Shown: in pieces, positions 28,053 to 41,087 of the stretch
How positions within the stretch are numbered: position 1 is the first letter of the stretch
Layout: each line of letters starts with the position of its first letter
NCBI GenBank assembly: GCA_964016885.1
Contig: OZ024742.1
Location: 27,900,001-27,964,000 of the forward strand
Reading direction: 5' to 3'
Origin: Eledone cirrhosa
Taxonomy: Eukaryota
Length of the DNA: 64,000 nt
Program-made: the position numbers and the translations under genes
The notes under the pieces: generated by a model
Databases searched by the model: none
The model's input: only the letters and a program-made list of their open reading frames with translations
What the model was told of the DNA's origin: nothing

Positions 28053-29111
28053 AAACATAGTAATTAACATGTCTTATATTTCCAGATGTATCATCATCAA
28101 CATCTTAAACATTTAATATCCATTTTAATATCCAGTTTAATATCCATTTTAATATCCAGTTTAATATCCATTTTCCATGTTAGCATGTTAGCTCATACAG
28201 AACTGATTTTTGGCTTGGTTTCTACAGCTGGAAGCTTTTACTAAACCCAACCACATTCACAGTGTAGACTGGGTACTTTTTGTTGTGACACCAACACAAC
28301 CACTTTACTGAGTGGACTGAGCACTTTTTGTCATGACATCTACACAACCACTTTACCATGTGGGCTGGGCACTTTTTGTTGTGTAACCAACATAACCATT
28401 TTACAGCGTGGGCTGGGTACTTTTTATTGTGACACCAACACAACCACTTTATAGTGTGGGCTGTGCACTTCTTGTTGTGACACCTACATAACCACTTTAC
28501 AGTTTGGGCTGTGGACTTTTAGTTGTGGCGCCAAAATTAATTTCCACATTATATCATGTATGTTTAGCATAATATCTTTTTTTCACAAATGTTGATTGTT
28601 GTCTGTGAAGAACTAGAGTCAACATTTACATGAGATACATGGAAAAATCTAAATTTGGGGGGAAAAGATAGGAAGTTAACATTTACACAGACATATATGG
28701 CACATTTTTTTTTTCAAGAAATCAGCAAATATATCAGGCTAATCAGCCCCTAAATTCTTTTGGCACCATCCCAACTAATACAACTCCTGGATCTTTGATG
28801 CAAAGTATGTTTCATTTTAAAGATTTCATATTTAAAGTAAAATCTTTCCTCATAATTTTCATGTATATATATTTTTTGTTTGTTTTACATTTGAAAAAAA
28901 AGGTAATAGCCCTGAAATATATTGAGTAAAACATTGTTTTGCTTAATTTGTCATCTTTATATATTTCTACCATAATGTACCAGTTTTTATTACATCATCA
29001 TTTATTACATATATCACAATGATTCATATTAACTATACTACTTTATTTCTTTTATTAGTTAGGAAGAATGGCAAAATATCTGTTAGCCGAAGACATCATT
29101 TTATAACCTAG

Positions 29112-29551
29112 ATCATCATCATCATCACAGTTTTACGTCTGTTCTTCCACGCTAGCATGGGTTAGACGGGTTATCCTGTTGTGGGCGGTGTCCAGTCGGC
29201 TGACCTTGTCTTGCTCATACAGGAACTGATTCTGGCTTGATTTCTACAGCTGGATGCCCTTCCTAACACCAACCTTGTTTACAGTGAAGGCTGGGTGCTT
29301 TTTTCCATGGTGCCTACACATCCACTTTACAGTGTGGGCTGGGTGCTTTTTTGCCGTGGCACCTCCATGACCACTTTACAGTGGAATGATAGGGACCCCA
29401 GTCCTTATCATCTCATTTCTACAGCTGAGTAAATTGAGCTATGTGAAATAAAGTGTCTTGCCCAAGGAAACAACACATCACCCGGTCCGAGAAATGAACT
29501 CACAACATTTCGATTGCAAGCCCAATGCTCTAACCACTAAGTCATGGGCCT
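29112..29551 (-). mobile_element. SINE-B (longer variant)
   Basis: Same head, core and tail with an extra internal repeat unit. Confidence 0.8.
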
Positions 29552-29559
29552 AGATGTAG

Positions 29560-30045
29560 GTGAGAAATATGTGTTAGCTAAAAACATCTGTTTAATGCCT
29601 AAAAATATGGTAAGAAAAGGGTTAAATTAAAATGTGTAATGAAAAATAACTATCAATTGAAAACATCTTTTAATCCCTAGAAATATGGTAATGAAAGGGT
29701 TAAATTAGAATATGTTAGGTGAGTAATATCTGTAAGCTACAGACATCTTTTAACCCCTAGAAATATGAACCTTTAGATGTAGTTGAGAAATATGTCAGCT
29801 AAAGACATCTTTTAAACCCCTAGAAATATGGAATTGAAAGGGTTAAATTAAAAGATGTAGGTGCGAAATATCTTTTAGCTCAAGACATCTTTTAACCCTT
29901 AGAAATATGAACACTTAGCTGGAAGTGAGAAATAACTCTCAACTGAAGACATCAATTAACCCCTAGAAATACGATAATGAAAGGGTTAAATTAAAATATA
30001 TAGGTGAGAAATACCTTTTAGCTCAAGACGTCTTTTTAACACCTG
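29560..30045. repeat. Degenerate about 58/64-bp tandem array with TTAACCC...AAAGGGTTAA mini inverted repeats
   Basis: Recurring GACATCTTTTAACCCCTAGAAATATGG..GAAAGGGTTAAATTA. Confidence 0.75.
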
Positions 30046-30095
30046 AAAAAAAAAAAAAAACGTCTGGAAGTGATACAAGATTTAAAACTACTCAC

Positions 30096-30306
30096 CAGTA
30101 ATTCTTAGTAGCACCTGTCGAGAGATCCTATCACGTGTACTGACTTGACACACATAAACACCACCGTGTCGTTTTTCTAAGTGTTTTATTAGCAGGTTCC
30201 ATTCATTAGCTTCTTCATTATGGGTTACCGTTACACTGGAATCTTTAACGTATGTATAGGTACCAATTGTCCAAGGATGAGGATCTGAGGCCTTTCTCCA
30301 CATAAC
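30096..30306 (-). CDS. Internal coding exon of an Ig-superfamily cell-surface protein (Dpr/DIP/zig-8/lachesin-like), C-terminal part of the first Ig domain
   Basis: Translates VMWRKASDPHPWTIGTYTYVKDSSVTVTHNEEANEWNLLIKHLEKRHGGVYVCQVSTRDRISRQVLLRIT, with the V-W-R..TxGxxTY..W-L-I..GxYxCQVST pattern of Dpr-type Ig1. Acceptor TTAACAG|GTT (phase 0), donor ACT G|GTGAGT (phase 1), TACTAAC branch point about 24 nt upstream. Confidence 0.9.
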
Positions 30307-30309
30307 CTG

Positions 30310-30552
30310 TTAAGTACATGTAACAAAGGTTAGTAACATGTAGTAGTCTAGTACGTGTAACATCTACTGGTTAGTAACGTGTGGTTCTCTAATATATGTA
30401 CCAGTTAGGAGTTAATAACATGTGGGGCTCTAATATATGTGACAGTTAATGCTTTTTAACACGTGGTGCTCTAATATATGTAACAGATGTTACTAACATG
30501 TGGTTCTCTAAAATATGTAGTAGTTAGAGGTTAGTATCATGTAGTAGTCTAG
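30310..30552. repeat. About 40-bp minisatellite abutting the splice acceptor
   Basis: Recurring GGTTAGTAACATGTGGTTCTCTAATATATGT. Confidence 0.75.
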
Positions 30553-30871
30553 CCACTAATGTAAATATAATTGTGGATAAAAATAACCTTATGAATAATC
30601 AAGTTGAAGACTGTGTTTGAAATTTGAAAATGTGACCATCCCAAATGCAAAAATTAACTGTAATAATAGTCAATCATCATAGATAATAGTTGAGAAAATT
30701 GGGGAAAGTACATGAAAAAAAAAAAAAAAAAGTTGACAAAGGTGCTCGGTTCACCTTTATACTTCTTAAAGTGTATTTTACCCAGTTTTCAAAATTCTTA
30801 TCTATAACAATCACTCTTATTACAGTTATTGTTTGCATCTCATAACAGTATAAACTCATACACAAATACAC

Positions 30872-30953
<82 letters not shown>

Positions 30954-31577
30954 ATGATATTAATAAATGGAAACTATATTTATAAAACCATATTTATTTT
31001 ATTTTATTATATATATTTCAAGGGTACCAACATTTTGGTACACTCTCATCAGATAAAATGCAAAATTTGTTTTATAAATGGTGACATACCCAAGAAACCA
31101 GACCTTATCGGTTCAGGTTCAGTTTGGATTTGGATATATATATATATATATACTTACACACACACAATAATTCATGGGTAAAAAAATTTTCTTGACAAAG
31201 GTATCCAAATGTTTGCCAGAAGATTGAAATTAGTAGAAAAATCTCTATTAGGGTTCAAATCACAGCTGATTTCATAAAACTTACAAGCATTTGTCTATCT
31301 TAATTACTGTATATAGATATATGGCTCAGGCAAACTCCAATTCTCCAACACAAAATTCTTTGCTGATTTATTGAAATCGTGCTAATTTACTGAAATTTAC
31401 CATCGTAAAGTTGCCGTTCTGTGAACAAGACCTCCTGAACTAGAAAATTTGGAGCCAAAAAAACATGTTTTACTCTGCCTCCCATTTTACGCATTCTTTG
31501 GCTCTTAAATCACTCCTAAAGTTATAACAATCCTTTAAAAAAAAAATGTATATATATAGTGTGTGTGTGTACATATG

Positions 31578-31608
<31 letters not shown>

Positions 31609-32462
31609 AGATACGTATATATATATGTATGTGTGTATATGTATATATATAAAAGAGAGAGAGAGTGTGAGGTAGTGAGGGAGAAAGATGGATAGACATA
31701 TAGACAGATACACAAAATCATTTATTCACATTTCTTTATAACTTGAAATCAATTAGATTAACCATCCCTTAAAATTACCACCAATTATATAGGGTCAAGT
31801 CACGCAGTTTATAATTATCACACCAGTACATAATATAGACATTTATCTGTGAAAAAAAATCATCAGTACTCCACGAACATGCCACAATGGAACATGGGGC
31901 ACACTAGAGAACATAGAAATAAAAATTGTATCCACACAGAGAAAAGATGCAATGCTCTAACATTACAGAAGTGACAAACAAACAAAAACTCCAACCAAAA
32001 TGAAACAGAAAACATGAGTGACATAGCAACAACATCACAACAAGTAATTAAGGACAAGATAAAGACATACAGAGACACACAAGAACCAAACTAATAAAAC
32101 AAAGCAGGCACACACAGATAGAACAAACAACCAACTAGTGACAAGTAAATAAATGTATGAATAAATAAATGAATGAAAACCTGGATATAACACATGCACA
32201 ACCTAAATACACAGCACACAACACACAAAAACAAGATGACGTAGAACAGAAGAAACGAGAGACACAAAATAACAAATTAGTCACTGAAGAGATCATAGAA
32301 AGTGTGACGAAAGAGCTTTGACAATAAATAAACCAGCATCTGGTTATTAAACCAACCAACTGGATATTTGTGATAAACTAAAGTGAAAACCAATGGGTGC
32401 ATGTGTTTTTATTTGCAGCGTGACACTCCCAAAGTATAACAATATCTGTTTATTAGCTTTAC

Positions 32463-32691
32463 CCCTTTAGCATTCACATTACTCTATATATACTCACGTA
32501 TATAGTTGTATTTTATCGTAAAGGCTTTATCCCACATAGTATCTCACATAATATCGAATCTATGACATTTTGATGTTGTTTATTTTGAGAACAATACCTT
32601 AACATAAGTATGAGTAGCAAGTTATGACCGGTTTGAACAGAAAGAGGTGATAGAATTCTGGCCGCATATGGCCGGTTTAAATGATAAAGGG
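32463..32691. mobile_element. piggyBac-type MITE
   Basis: CCCTTTAGCATT ... AATGATAAAGGG|TTAA; left target site degenerate (TTAC). Confidence 0.65.
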
Positions 32692-32977
32692 TTAAACAAT
32701 CTTTAATTATTTAGCAAAAAATATCTAAAAACAGGTTTATTAATTCGCATGTTTATTGTATTTCAAACGATAGACAAATTGTTGTATAAATTTATTGAAT
32801 CTAAAATAAAGATTTTAATATTTAATGTTATGCATTCATAGTACTGTTTTGTACTTTTCAACAATGTCTCACTAATGTTGTTTCATATGGTTTGTTAATT
32901 CACATGCTTATCATATCTTCATTGCTTGGAACATTATTGTGAAGATTTGCAGTATTAGAGTAAAAACTGTAATATTT

Positions 32978-33170
32978 AATTGTTTCTACTGTTGGCACAA
33001 GGCCAGCAATTATACCAGTGTATTACTGGTACTTTATTTTATCGACCCCCGTAAGGATGAAAGGCAAAGTTAACCTCGACGGGATTTGAACTCAGACTAT
33101 AAAGGGCCGTAACTCTTTGCTGCAAAGCATGGCGTCCGACACTCTACTGATACTGCCAATGCACCACCCT
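32978..33170 (-). mobile_element. SINE-A with target-site duplication
   Basis: TAAAAACTGTAATATTTAAT occurs on both sides (about 32961 and 33172). Confidence 0.85.
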
Positions 33171-33774
33171 TTAAAAACTGTAATATTTAATGTGATGTAA
33201 TCATAGTACTTTGTTGAACTTTTCAAGAATGTCTTATTAATGTTTCATGCAGTACTGGACATTAAAATTTAAAAACATGCACAAATACAGTTACATACAC
33301 ACAGATGTACATACACACACATACATGAACGCACATATACATATGATAGTTACTGTAGAATTCCTCAATATAAGGAAACTAGTGATGATGTGTCTCAGCA
33401 GTAATTATTCCATAGGGAAATTCATATTAGTGCATGCTAAGTTCAACTGTTGTGATAGGTGAAGAATTTAATCATCATCATCATAAATTTAGTCTATTTG
33501 CATGGATTCATAACTAATCACACAAATCAGTCTTCTGTCCCCACAGGTAAAACATTGATTTTAATTAACAATATTTGAAAGTTTAGCTTTCTGAGCACTC
33601 TTCCAGTTTACAGTTACACCTGAAATGTAAAGTATGTATATAGTGTATATATTGTATATATTGTACTAATATTTCATATGCAGTGTTTTGCTCAAGAATA
33701 CAACACACAACCCATTCGAGGAATTGAACCAAAACAAAACCTACCGTCAGTGGGCATCTCTTAACCAAATATAC

Positions 33775-34135
33775 ACCCCAACCCTCTACCCCTACCTCAT
33801 TCTCCCACTCCCACCAACACCACCCTTTCTCTGTAAAGTTATGTTGGTACCATAACATCCAGTCCAAACTAAGAGGTTGTGTAGGTGTCACAACAAACAA
33901 AACACCCAGTCCACGCTGTAATGTGGCCATGTAGGTAACACGGTAAAAAGCACCCAGTCCACACTGTAAATGTGATTGGTGTTATGAAGGGCATCCAGCC
34001 ATAGAAAACCTGCCAGATAGTCCTATACGAGCGAGACACGGTCACCTGACCAATCTTGCCTCATCAAATGGGACAATTCCTGTCTAAGCCATGCTAGCGT
34101 GGAAGATAGACGGTAAACGATGATGATGATGATGG
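33775..34135 (+). mobile_element. Solo RTE 3'UTR fragment
   Basis: Matches 42630-42984. Similar tails at 767-965, 20866-21130, 37387-37555, 38488-38652 and 59430-59630. Confidence 0.7.
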
Positions 34136-35085
34136 TGACATTACAGTCATACATCAAACATCTTAACAATAGGCCATGCAGCTTTACTTAAACCTTCTGG
34201 GATTGATAAAATATAAAACCAGTCTATAGCAACATGCTGGTGGAATTGTTAGAATGTAAGACAGGTATCCTTGTGGAATTTGTTCCATAATTTTGTGTCC
34301 TGTGATCAAATCTTGCTATAGCCTACATGTGCTGGATTTAATGGATGGCAAAGGGGGCAATTGCTCCACGATCCCTGCACAAGCGATGGCCATAGCAATT
34401 TATTTTTGCCCTCAGCTGGGCATTTTAGTTTTAGGATGGTTAGAATTTTTTAATTTAATACCTGTATGTATAACTTTTCAATTCCAATTACTTACACCAA
34501 GCTGACTTTGATATGTAATTTTGTTTTGGGGGGGTGGCAGCGTATTCTAATTTTTTTGTGCATGTGGGGGCCCCCATACCTGAAGTGCTCCAGGCCCTCC
34601 AAGATCTAAATCCAATCCTGTGTATATGTATACATAAGGCACTCATGTTTCATATCATCATCATCATTAAACATCCATTCTTCCTGCAAGCAAGGGTTGG
34701 ACAAGTCATCACCAAACAAGTTATTACTTAATCAATGTTACTGATCCCTCACATAGGGCATAGGGGCCACAACTTCATTAAATTCGTTTCCACCCTCTCT
34801 CACACACACATTCTCTCTTCTCCACAGTGCCCCTAATGCATTTTTGTTGCACAACCACAAGGAAGGTTGTCATCATGCCCTTAACACAACTGATGTGTCT
34901 TCCAAACAATTTGTTTGACATGGTCTCTGTAGCTGGGTGCAGGGTCATATATAGACCTTGGGGTCCTGGGGTACTTCAGGTTTGGGAGAGGGGGGTTCAT
35001 ACACAATAAAATTAAAATGCACAGCAATATAATAATTGTTTCTACCGACTCAGCCAACCCACCACCCTACATAGCAATATAATAA

Positions 35086-36310
35086 TCTCTCTCTATATAA
35101 AATTCTTTGTCTCTGTCTGTCTGTCTTTTCCGTATGCATTCTCAAATGGCTCAACCAAATCAAATCAAATTTCACAAGGTATTAGAGCCTGGGATTAACA
35201 GCATGCAATTTTCATTTTCATTTGGATGATTAAAACAATATAACATTTTATCTAAAATAATCTACTATAGACTGTAAGTAAACAACATTTTATAACATGA
35301 CAACGACAACGTCATATTTTGTATATGAGTGTGTATGTGTCTGTGAGTGCGTGTGTGTATTTGCACGTTTGTTACATACATTAGGCCTTAGTAAGTTACA
35401 CACACATACATCTTCTCACAAATATTTAATCAGATACAGAGAATTAAACACACACACATCTACACATACATATGTAATGACTGACAAGTATATGAGAGTG
35501 TATATGTGTGTATTTCTGTGACAAACTGACAACGAACACACACACATCTAAAGAGAGAGAGACACAGAGGGAGAGGCTGAAAGAGTAATAGGCCGTTATA
35601 CAGAGAGAGATACAATTAAAATGTTAGATATTCACGAAGAAAGAGAGAGAGTGTAACATCCCACAAAAGTCTAGAATCGGCTTTAACTATAGATCAAAGT
35701 ATCAGTTGAATGTTTAACAATATAGCTTTTATAAAGTCGTTTTGCACCAGTCTTTGATTTTACAGAACACAGAAAAAAATTAATACAATTTGAAATTAAT
35801 CTAAAGTGTACAGAACCCGAGACAGGAAACAGAAAGATTAAGGCAAGAAGAAAGACTATCACAACAAACAGAGGTTTAATATGAAAATCATCAAGAGGCA
35901 ATGACAGTTGTAATGCAAACTCGACCAGCACAAACGACTTTTAAAGGCAGAATAAACTGGTTAAGAGCTGCATTTTCATATGATCCATCGAAGAATTATA
36001 GAAATGATCCTAAAGTCGCGATTGGTAGCATGGATATTACATTTAGCATGTGTTGCTTAGGTGGAAAGGTTAGACTTCCACTGATTAGAGGACCCTCCAG
36101 CTTTTATCCATATACTACTTACAGACTGTACTAACGAAGCTAAACACTGCAGCAGCAATGTTATGCGGTATATGGCTGCATTTCAGATGATGTCCTTTGG
36201 AGCTGAAAAAGATCATACTAACTATGGTTATTTCACAACATTTCAAATCCAAGGCCAATGCTACCATTTAATCAGCAGTTTATTCCCCCAACCTAATAAG
36301 GAAGTTTTAG
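35086..36310 (+). mobile_element. Helitron remnant (5' end plus RepHel N-terminal fragments)
   Basis: A|TC..CTATATAAA..(GTCT)n 5' end; peptides AAFSYDPSKNY..IGSMD..MCCLGGKVRLP and RYMAAFQMMSFGA..TFQIQGQCYHLISSLFP, typical of the Helitron Rep N-terminal region. Confidence 0.85.
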
Positions 36311-37689
36311 GATCGTTTATATATATATATATATATATATCACACTCATACATTATGGGCTCACCTCATACTGTAAACCAGACAACACATCCAATACAAT
36401 CATTTTCCCTTTTATCCATCTTCTCTGTTCTCCTGAGCGAAGCCTGGTACCTCAGTTAGTATATAATAATCTACTAAGATTTTCACATCTATTCATCCTT
36501 ATTCTAAGTTTATAATCAAAACAGGCTTATCTTATTTTATTAAATTTTTTTTCTTCAAACACAAATCTTCAGTTCAATAAATTCTTATCCAATATGCTTA
36601 AAAGAAACTGAATAAATTAAATCAATTATGGCCACCAAGGAGGCAATGAGAAGATTGACCGACAGAGAAATCTAGTGTAGATGAGGAAAATTTAAAAGAT
36701 TAACTTAATAGTATGTTGCTCTCATAAACACTAAAAACAAAGAAACTATATATTAATTAGAAAAAAAAATCTCTAAATAGAATAATAAACAAAGATGGTG
36801 ATGGTGGTGGTGGTGGAGATGGGGGTGGTAGTTGCGGTGATGATGATGGTGGTGATGGGGGTTGTGGTGGTGGTGAGGATGATGATGGCAGTGGTGGTGG
36901 TAGTGATGGTGGTGATGGGTGTTGTGGTGGTGATGTGATGGGGGTTGTGGTGGTGGTGGTGAGGATGATGATGATGGTGGTGGTGATAATGGTAGTGATG
37001 GCGTTGTGGTGGTGAGGATGATGATGATGGTGGTGGTGATGATGATGATGGGGTTGTGGTGGTGGTGTGGATGATGACGATGGTGGTGGGGTGATGGTGG
37101 TGAGGATGTTGATGATGATAGTGGAATAAAAGACAAAATCAGGAGAAGATTGCTGTGGAAATTATTGATTAGTTTATTATGTAAAGGAAGTAGTTAGAAA
37201 ATCTGGAGGATATAAGATCTAAAATATAAACAGTAATAACACATGAGAGATGACATGAATTAACTCTTTGAAAAAACACATAAACTCATGCTGCCAGCTT
37301 TGTGTTTCTTTGTATATATTGCTCTGTGTGTGTTTGTGTATGTCTGTCTGTGTGTGTGAATATGAGTGTGTATATATATATATATATCATCATCATCATC
37401 ATCGTTTAACGTCCATCTTCCACGCTAGCATGGGTTAGAGTTGTCCCAATTTGAGGCAAGGTTGGTCTTGCTCATATAGTACTATCTGGCAAGTTTTCTA
37501 TGGATGGATGCCCTTCCTAACACCAACCACATTTACAGTGTGGACTGGAAACTTTTTATCGCGTTAATAGATGTCGAAACGCCTTGATCTCTGCCATCGG
37601 AATCCTGACTCTTTTCCCACTCTACTACCCTAAGTATCGAGTAATCTGGTGCGCTATGGTCCACCTGGTTCCTTACCACACTTCCTTTG

Positions 37690-37730
<41 letters not shown>

Positions 37731-37851
37731 AGGTGAGTTTTATTGTAGTACAATAAAGCAATGCAGATATCGGATAAGAAGCACTCTACAGTTTGTAGGA
37801 CTGGAGTATAAATAATATATAAGATCAAAAGATGGTTAAAAGAGTTCCATG

Positions 37852-37922
37852 TATTTTATTATGCGCATTTCAAAAACAAATATCATCATGCAATAACATT
37901 TGCGTTTTCGTCAGATAAAATA
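37852..37922 (-). ncRNA. Type I hammerhead ribozyme (left arm, reverse complement of 38052-38122)
   Basis: Exact inverted copy of the plus-strand hammerhead. Confidence 0.85.
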
Positions 37923-38051
37923 GGGAGACATGATATGAAGGTTAAAACACACTTGTGAATAGTGCAGTTTTAAATCAACATAAAATCATGATATGTTGAT
38001 TTAAAACTGCACTATTCACAAGTGTGTTTTAACCTTCATATCATGTCTCCC

Positions 38052-38122
38052 TATTTTATCTGACGAAAACGCAAATGTTATTGCATGATGATATTTGTTT
38101 TTGAAATGCGCATAATAAAATA
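38052..38122 (+). ncRNA. Type I hammerhead ribozyme (right arm of palindromic element)
   Basis: UAUUUUAU-CUGACGA-[15-bp stem II, one mismatch, loop UGCAUG]-GAAA-UGCGCA-UA|AUAAAAUA. 8-bp stem I, palindromic stem III AUGCGCAU. Confidence 0.85.
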
Positions 38123-38150
38123 CATGGAACTCTTTTAACCATCTTTTGAT

Positions 38151-38206
<56 letters not shown>

Positions 38207-39210
38207 GATAAAGATCCCATAAGTCTCTGTGGAGTTGTAGAGGCACCGTCATATGGTGTGTCTAGGGCACAACACTCTCCAGGTCTGAACACAGCCAATT
38301 TTTTCTATAGAGGAAGAACCGACCCCATTAATGGACTGGTTCATTTATATCAACCTCGAAAGGAAGAAACGCAAAGTTGACAATGGCGGTATTTGAACTC
38401 AGAGCACACAATGAGGTGGGACAAATACCGTAAAGCATTCTATCTGATGTCTTAATGACTCTGCCAATTCACCACCTATTTATATATATCATCATCATCA
38501 TCGTTTAACGTCCATCTTCCACACTAGCATGGATTAGACGGGAGTTGTCCCACTTCAGGCAAGATTGGTTGGGTGACTGTGTCTCGCTCGTATAGGACTA
38601 TCTGGCAAGTTTTCTACGGCTGGATGCCCTTCCTAACACCAACCACATTTACATGTGTGTGTATGTGTGTGTATGCAAAACACATCCCCTCTAGATTAGA
38701 TGCGTCTTTGCATGTATAAGCTCACATATCTGATAAGATGTCAAAAAAGAGTTGAGTCCTGTCACCTTCATTGTACGCTGAGCTATTTGATATTGAAACA
38801 ATTGTAATATGCAAATAAAGTTTGTACATATGCTGCAACACCAACTGTCATAATGTGGCAACTCATGCAAGCATGGAAAAATAAATGGTAAACAGTAGTG
38901 GTGATGGTGATGGTGATGATGATGGTGATGATGATGGTGGTGATGGTGATGATGATGATGATATACATATATATTCATTTTATTAAGGTTAACTCATGAG
39001 TCGTGTTACTCTGGAGTTTCTCTTGTTTATCACAGTGTCATCATGTATGTATATGAAGACTATACAGAAAAAACAACAGATGATGAGGTTCAATGAAGAT
39101 ATATATTAGTTTCATGCTTAATATAGTAGGAATAGTTGTAACGTTTCAGATACTAGTCCTTTATCAGAATATATATGGTCTTGGTAATCAATTCTATAAC
39201 AGAATAATAT

Positions 39211-39395
39211 AATTGTTTCTACTTTTGGCACAAGGCCAGCAATTATCCCAGTGCATTACTGGTACTTTATTTGATCGACCCATAAGGATGAAAGGCAAAG
39301 TTAACCTCGGCGGGATTTGAACTCAGATCATAAAGGGCCGTAACTCTTTGCTGTAAAGCATGGCGTCAGACCCTCTACCGGTACTGCCAATCCAC
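39211..39395 (-). mobile_element. SINE-A
   Basis: Full match to the family; another degenerate copy at 38325-38476. Confidence 0.85.
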
Positions 39396-39764
39396 AATAA
39401 TATAATGTTGTTGGTTTCTTGCTGTGTTTCTACTTTGGAGATTCTGGTTTGTAAGTTGTTCAACCTCACTTCAACATTGCTCTGAAGACACATCTGTTAC
39501 ATCTTTTACTCAAACACAGTGCATCTTGGACTACATTATGTAATGTGTCCTCCTCATTAAAGATTCTAATGTACAATTTATTGGAGATTTAGCTGCTATT
39601 TCTTGTAATTCATGTGGCCATAAATAGGCTTCTTTAATAACTTGTGTGGTTTGTTGGTTTACTAAGTAATAACTGCAGGCATTGTTGAATAATTAGTTAT
39701 TCATTTCTTAATTATTTTAGTTATCAAGATAATTAGTTGAGACAGACAGATAGATAAGTAGATA

Positions 39765-40060
39765 CATGAGTAGATAGAGAGGTGGACATAAATAGATAGA
39801 TGGGTAGATAGAGAGGTGGACATAAATAGATAGATGGGTAGATAGAGAGGTGGACATAAATAGATAGATGGGTAGATAGAGAGGTGGACATAAATAGATA
39901 GATGGGTAGATAGAGACATGGACATAAATAGATAGATGGGTAGATAGACAGGTGGACATAAATAGATAGATGGGTAGATAGAGAGGTGGACATAATAGAT
40001 ATATGGGTAGATAGAGAGGTGGACATAATAGATAGATGGGTAGATAGAAAGACAGATAGA
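39765..40060. repeat. 34-bp minisatellite
   Basis: (GATAGAGAGGTGGACATAAATAGATAGATGGGTA)n. Confidence 0.9.
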
Positions 40061-40380
40061 TAGATATAGAAATAGATGGAGAGAGAGAGAGAGGGGGCGA
40101 GAGAGAGGGAGAGAGAGAGGCTCTGATAGAGAGATGTTGCTACAACTAACATTACAACCGCTGCCATAACTACTACTTATACAATTACTACTACTACAAC
40201 AATTAGTACAACTGCTACTACCACTACTACTATTACTACTACTTCCACTACTATTACTACTACTTCCACCACTACCACCACTACCACCACCACCACCACC
40301 ACCACCACTACTTCTATTAAATAACGCGATTGAGCAAACTTGGGAACAGCATTTGTCATGATTTCATTAAATATTAATAA

Positions 40381-40595
40381 TGATTTCTTATATAGGCACA
40401 AGGCCAGCAATTTTGGGGGAGGGGAAAGTCGATTAAATCGACCCCAGTGCGTGACTGGTACTTTATTTTATTGACCCCGTAAGGATGAAAGGCAAAGTTA
40501 ACCTCGGCAGGATTTGAACTCAGATCGTAAAGGGACGTAACTATGCTAGATAACATGGCGTCCGACCCTCTACCGATACTGCCAATTCACTGCCC
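40381..40595 (-). mobile_element. SINE-A (long variant) directly downstream of tRNA-Asp
   Basis: Full match to the family. Confidence 0.85.
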
Positions 40596-40610
40596 TAAAA
40601 CGAAATATAC

Positions 40611-40682
40611 CTCCCTGGCGGGGAATCGAACCCCAGTCTCCCGCGTGACAGACGGGTATACTTACCACTATACTACCAAGGA
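40611..40682 (-). tRNA. tRNA-Asp(GTC)
   Basis: Reverse complement TCCTTGGTAGTATAGTGGTAAGTATACCCGTCTGTCACGCGGGAGACTGGGGTTCGATTCCCCGCCAGGGAG: 72 nt cloverleaf, A/B boxes, anticodon GTC, G-U pairs in anticodon and T stems, TTTT about 10 nt downstream. Confidence 0.9.
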
Positions 40683-41087
40683 TGAATAATAATAATAAAA
40701 ATAATAATAATAATAATCTTCTATGTCCATGTCATCACAAGCAAACATGGACACCCACAGAAATTCTGGAAACTTAACCCAGCAGAAAATCTAATGATAC
40801 ATTTAAATGGAGAAATGGCTGAACTGACAGGGGACTAGTACTAGGGCTGCCATGACAGGGGGCTAGTACCTTCTTTATTGACCCCTCAATTAATTAAACG
40901 AACCATTGACCTCAGTGGAATTCGAATACAGAATATAGAGAACTGGAAATAATACCAAAGTGTATTTTATTAACACCTTAACAATTCTACCAATTCACTA
41001 CTCGGGATTATGTGAGTGTGTTGAGGGCGTATATGTATATTTTACAACTACATACATATATATTTATTTTCATGTGTATATATATTT

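Larger units (their letters stand above)
37728..38155. mobile_element. (TA)n-inserted palindromic hammerhead element, probable Penelope-like pLTR derivative (family D, copy 1)
   Basis: About 166-bp inverted arms (37817-37982 / 37992-38157), 9-nt spacer, about 90-bp extension on the left arm, (TA)n on both sides, hammerhead in each arm. Confidence 0.75.
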
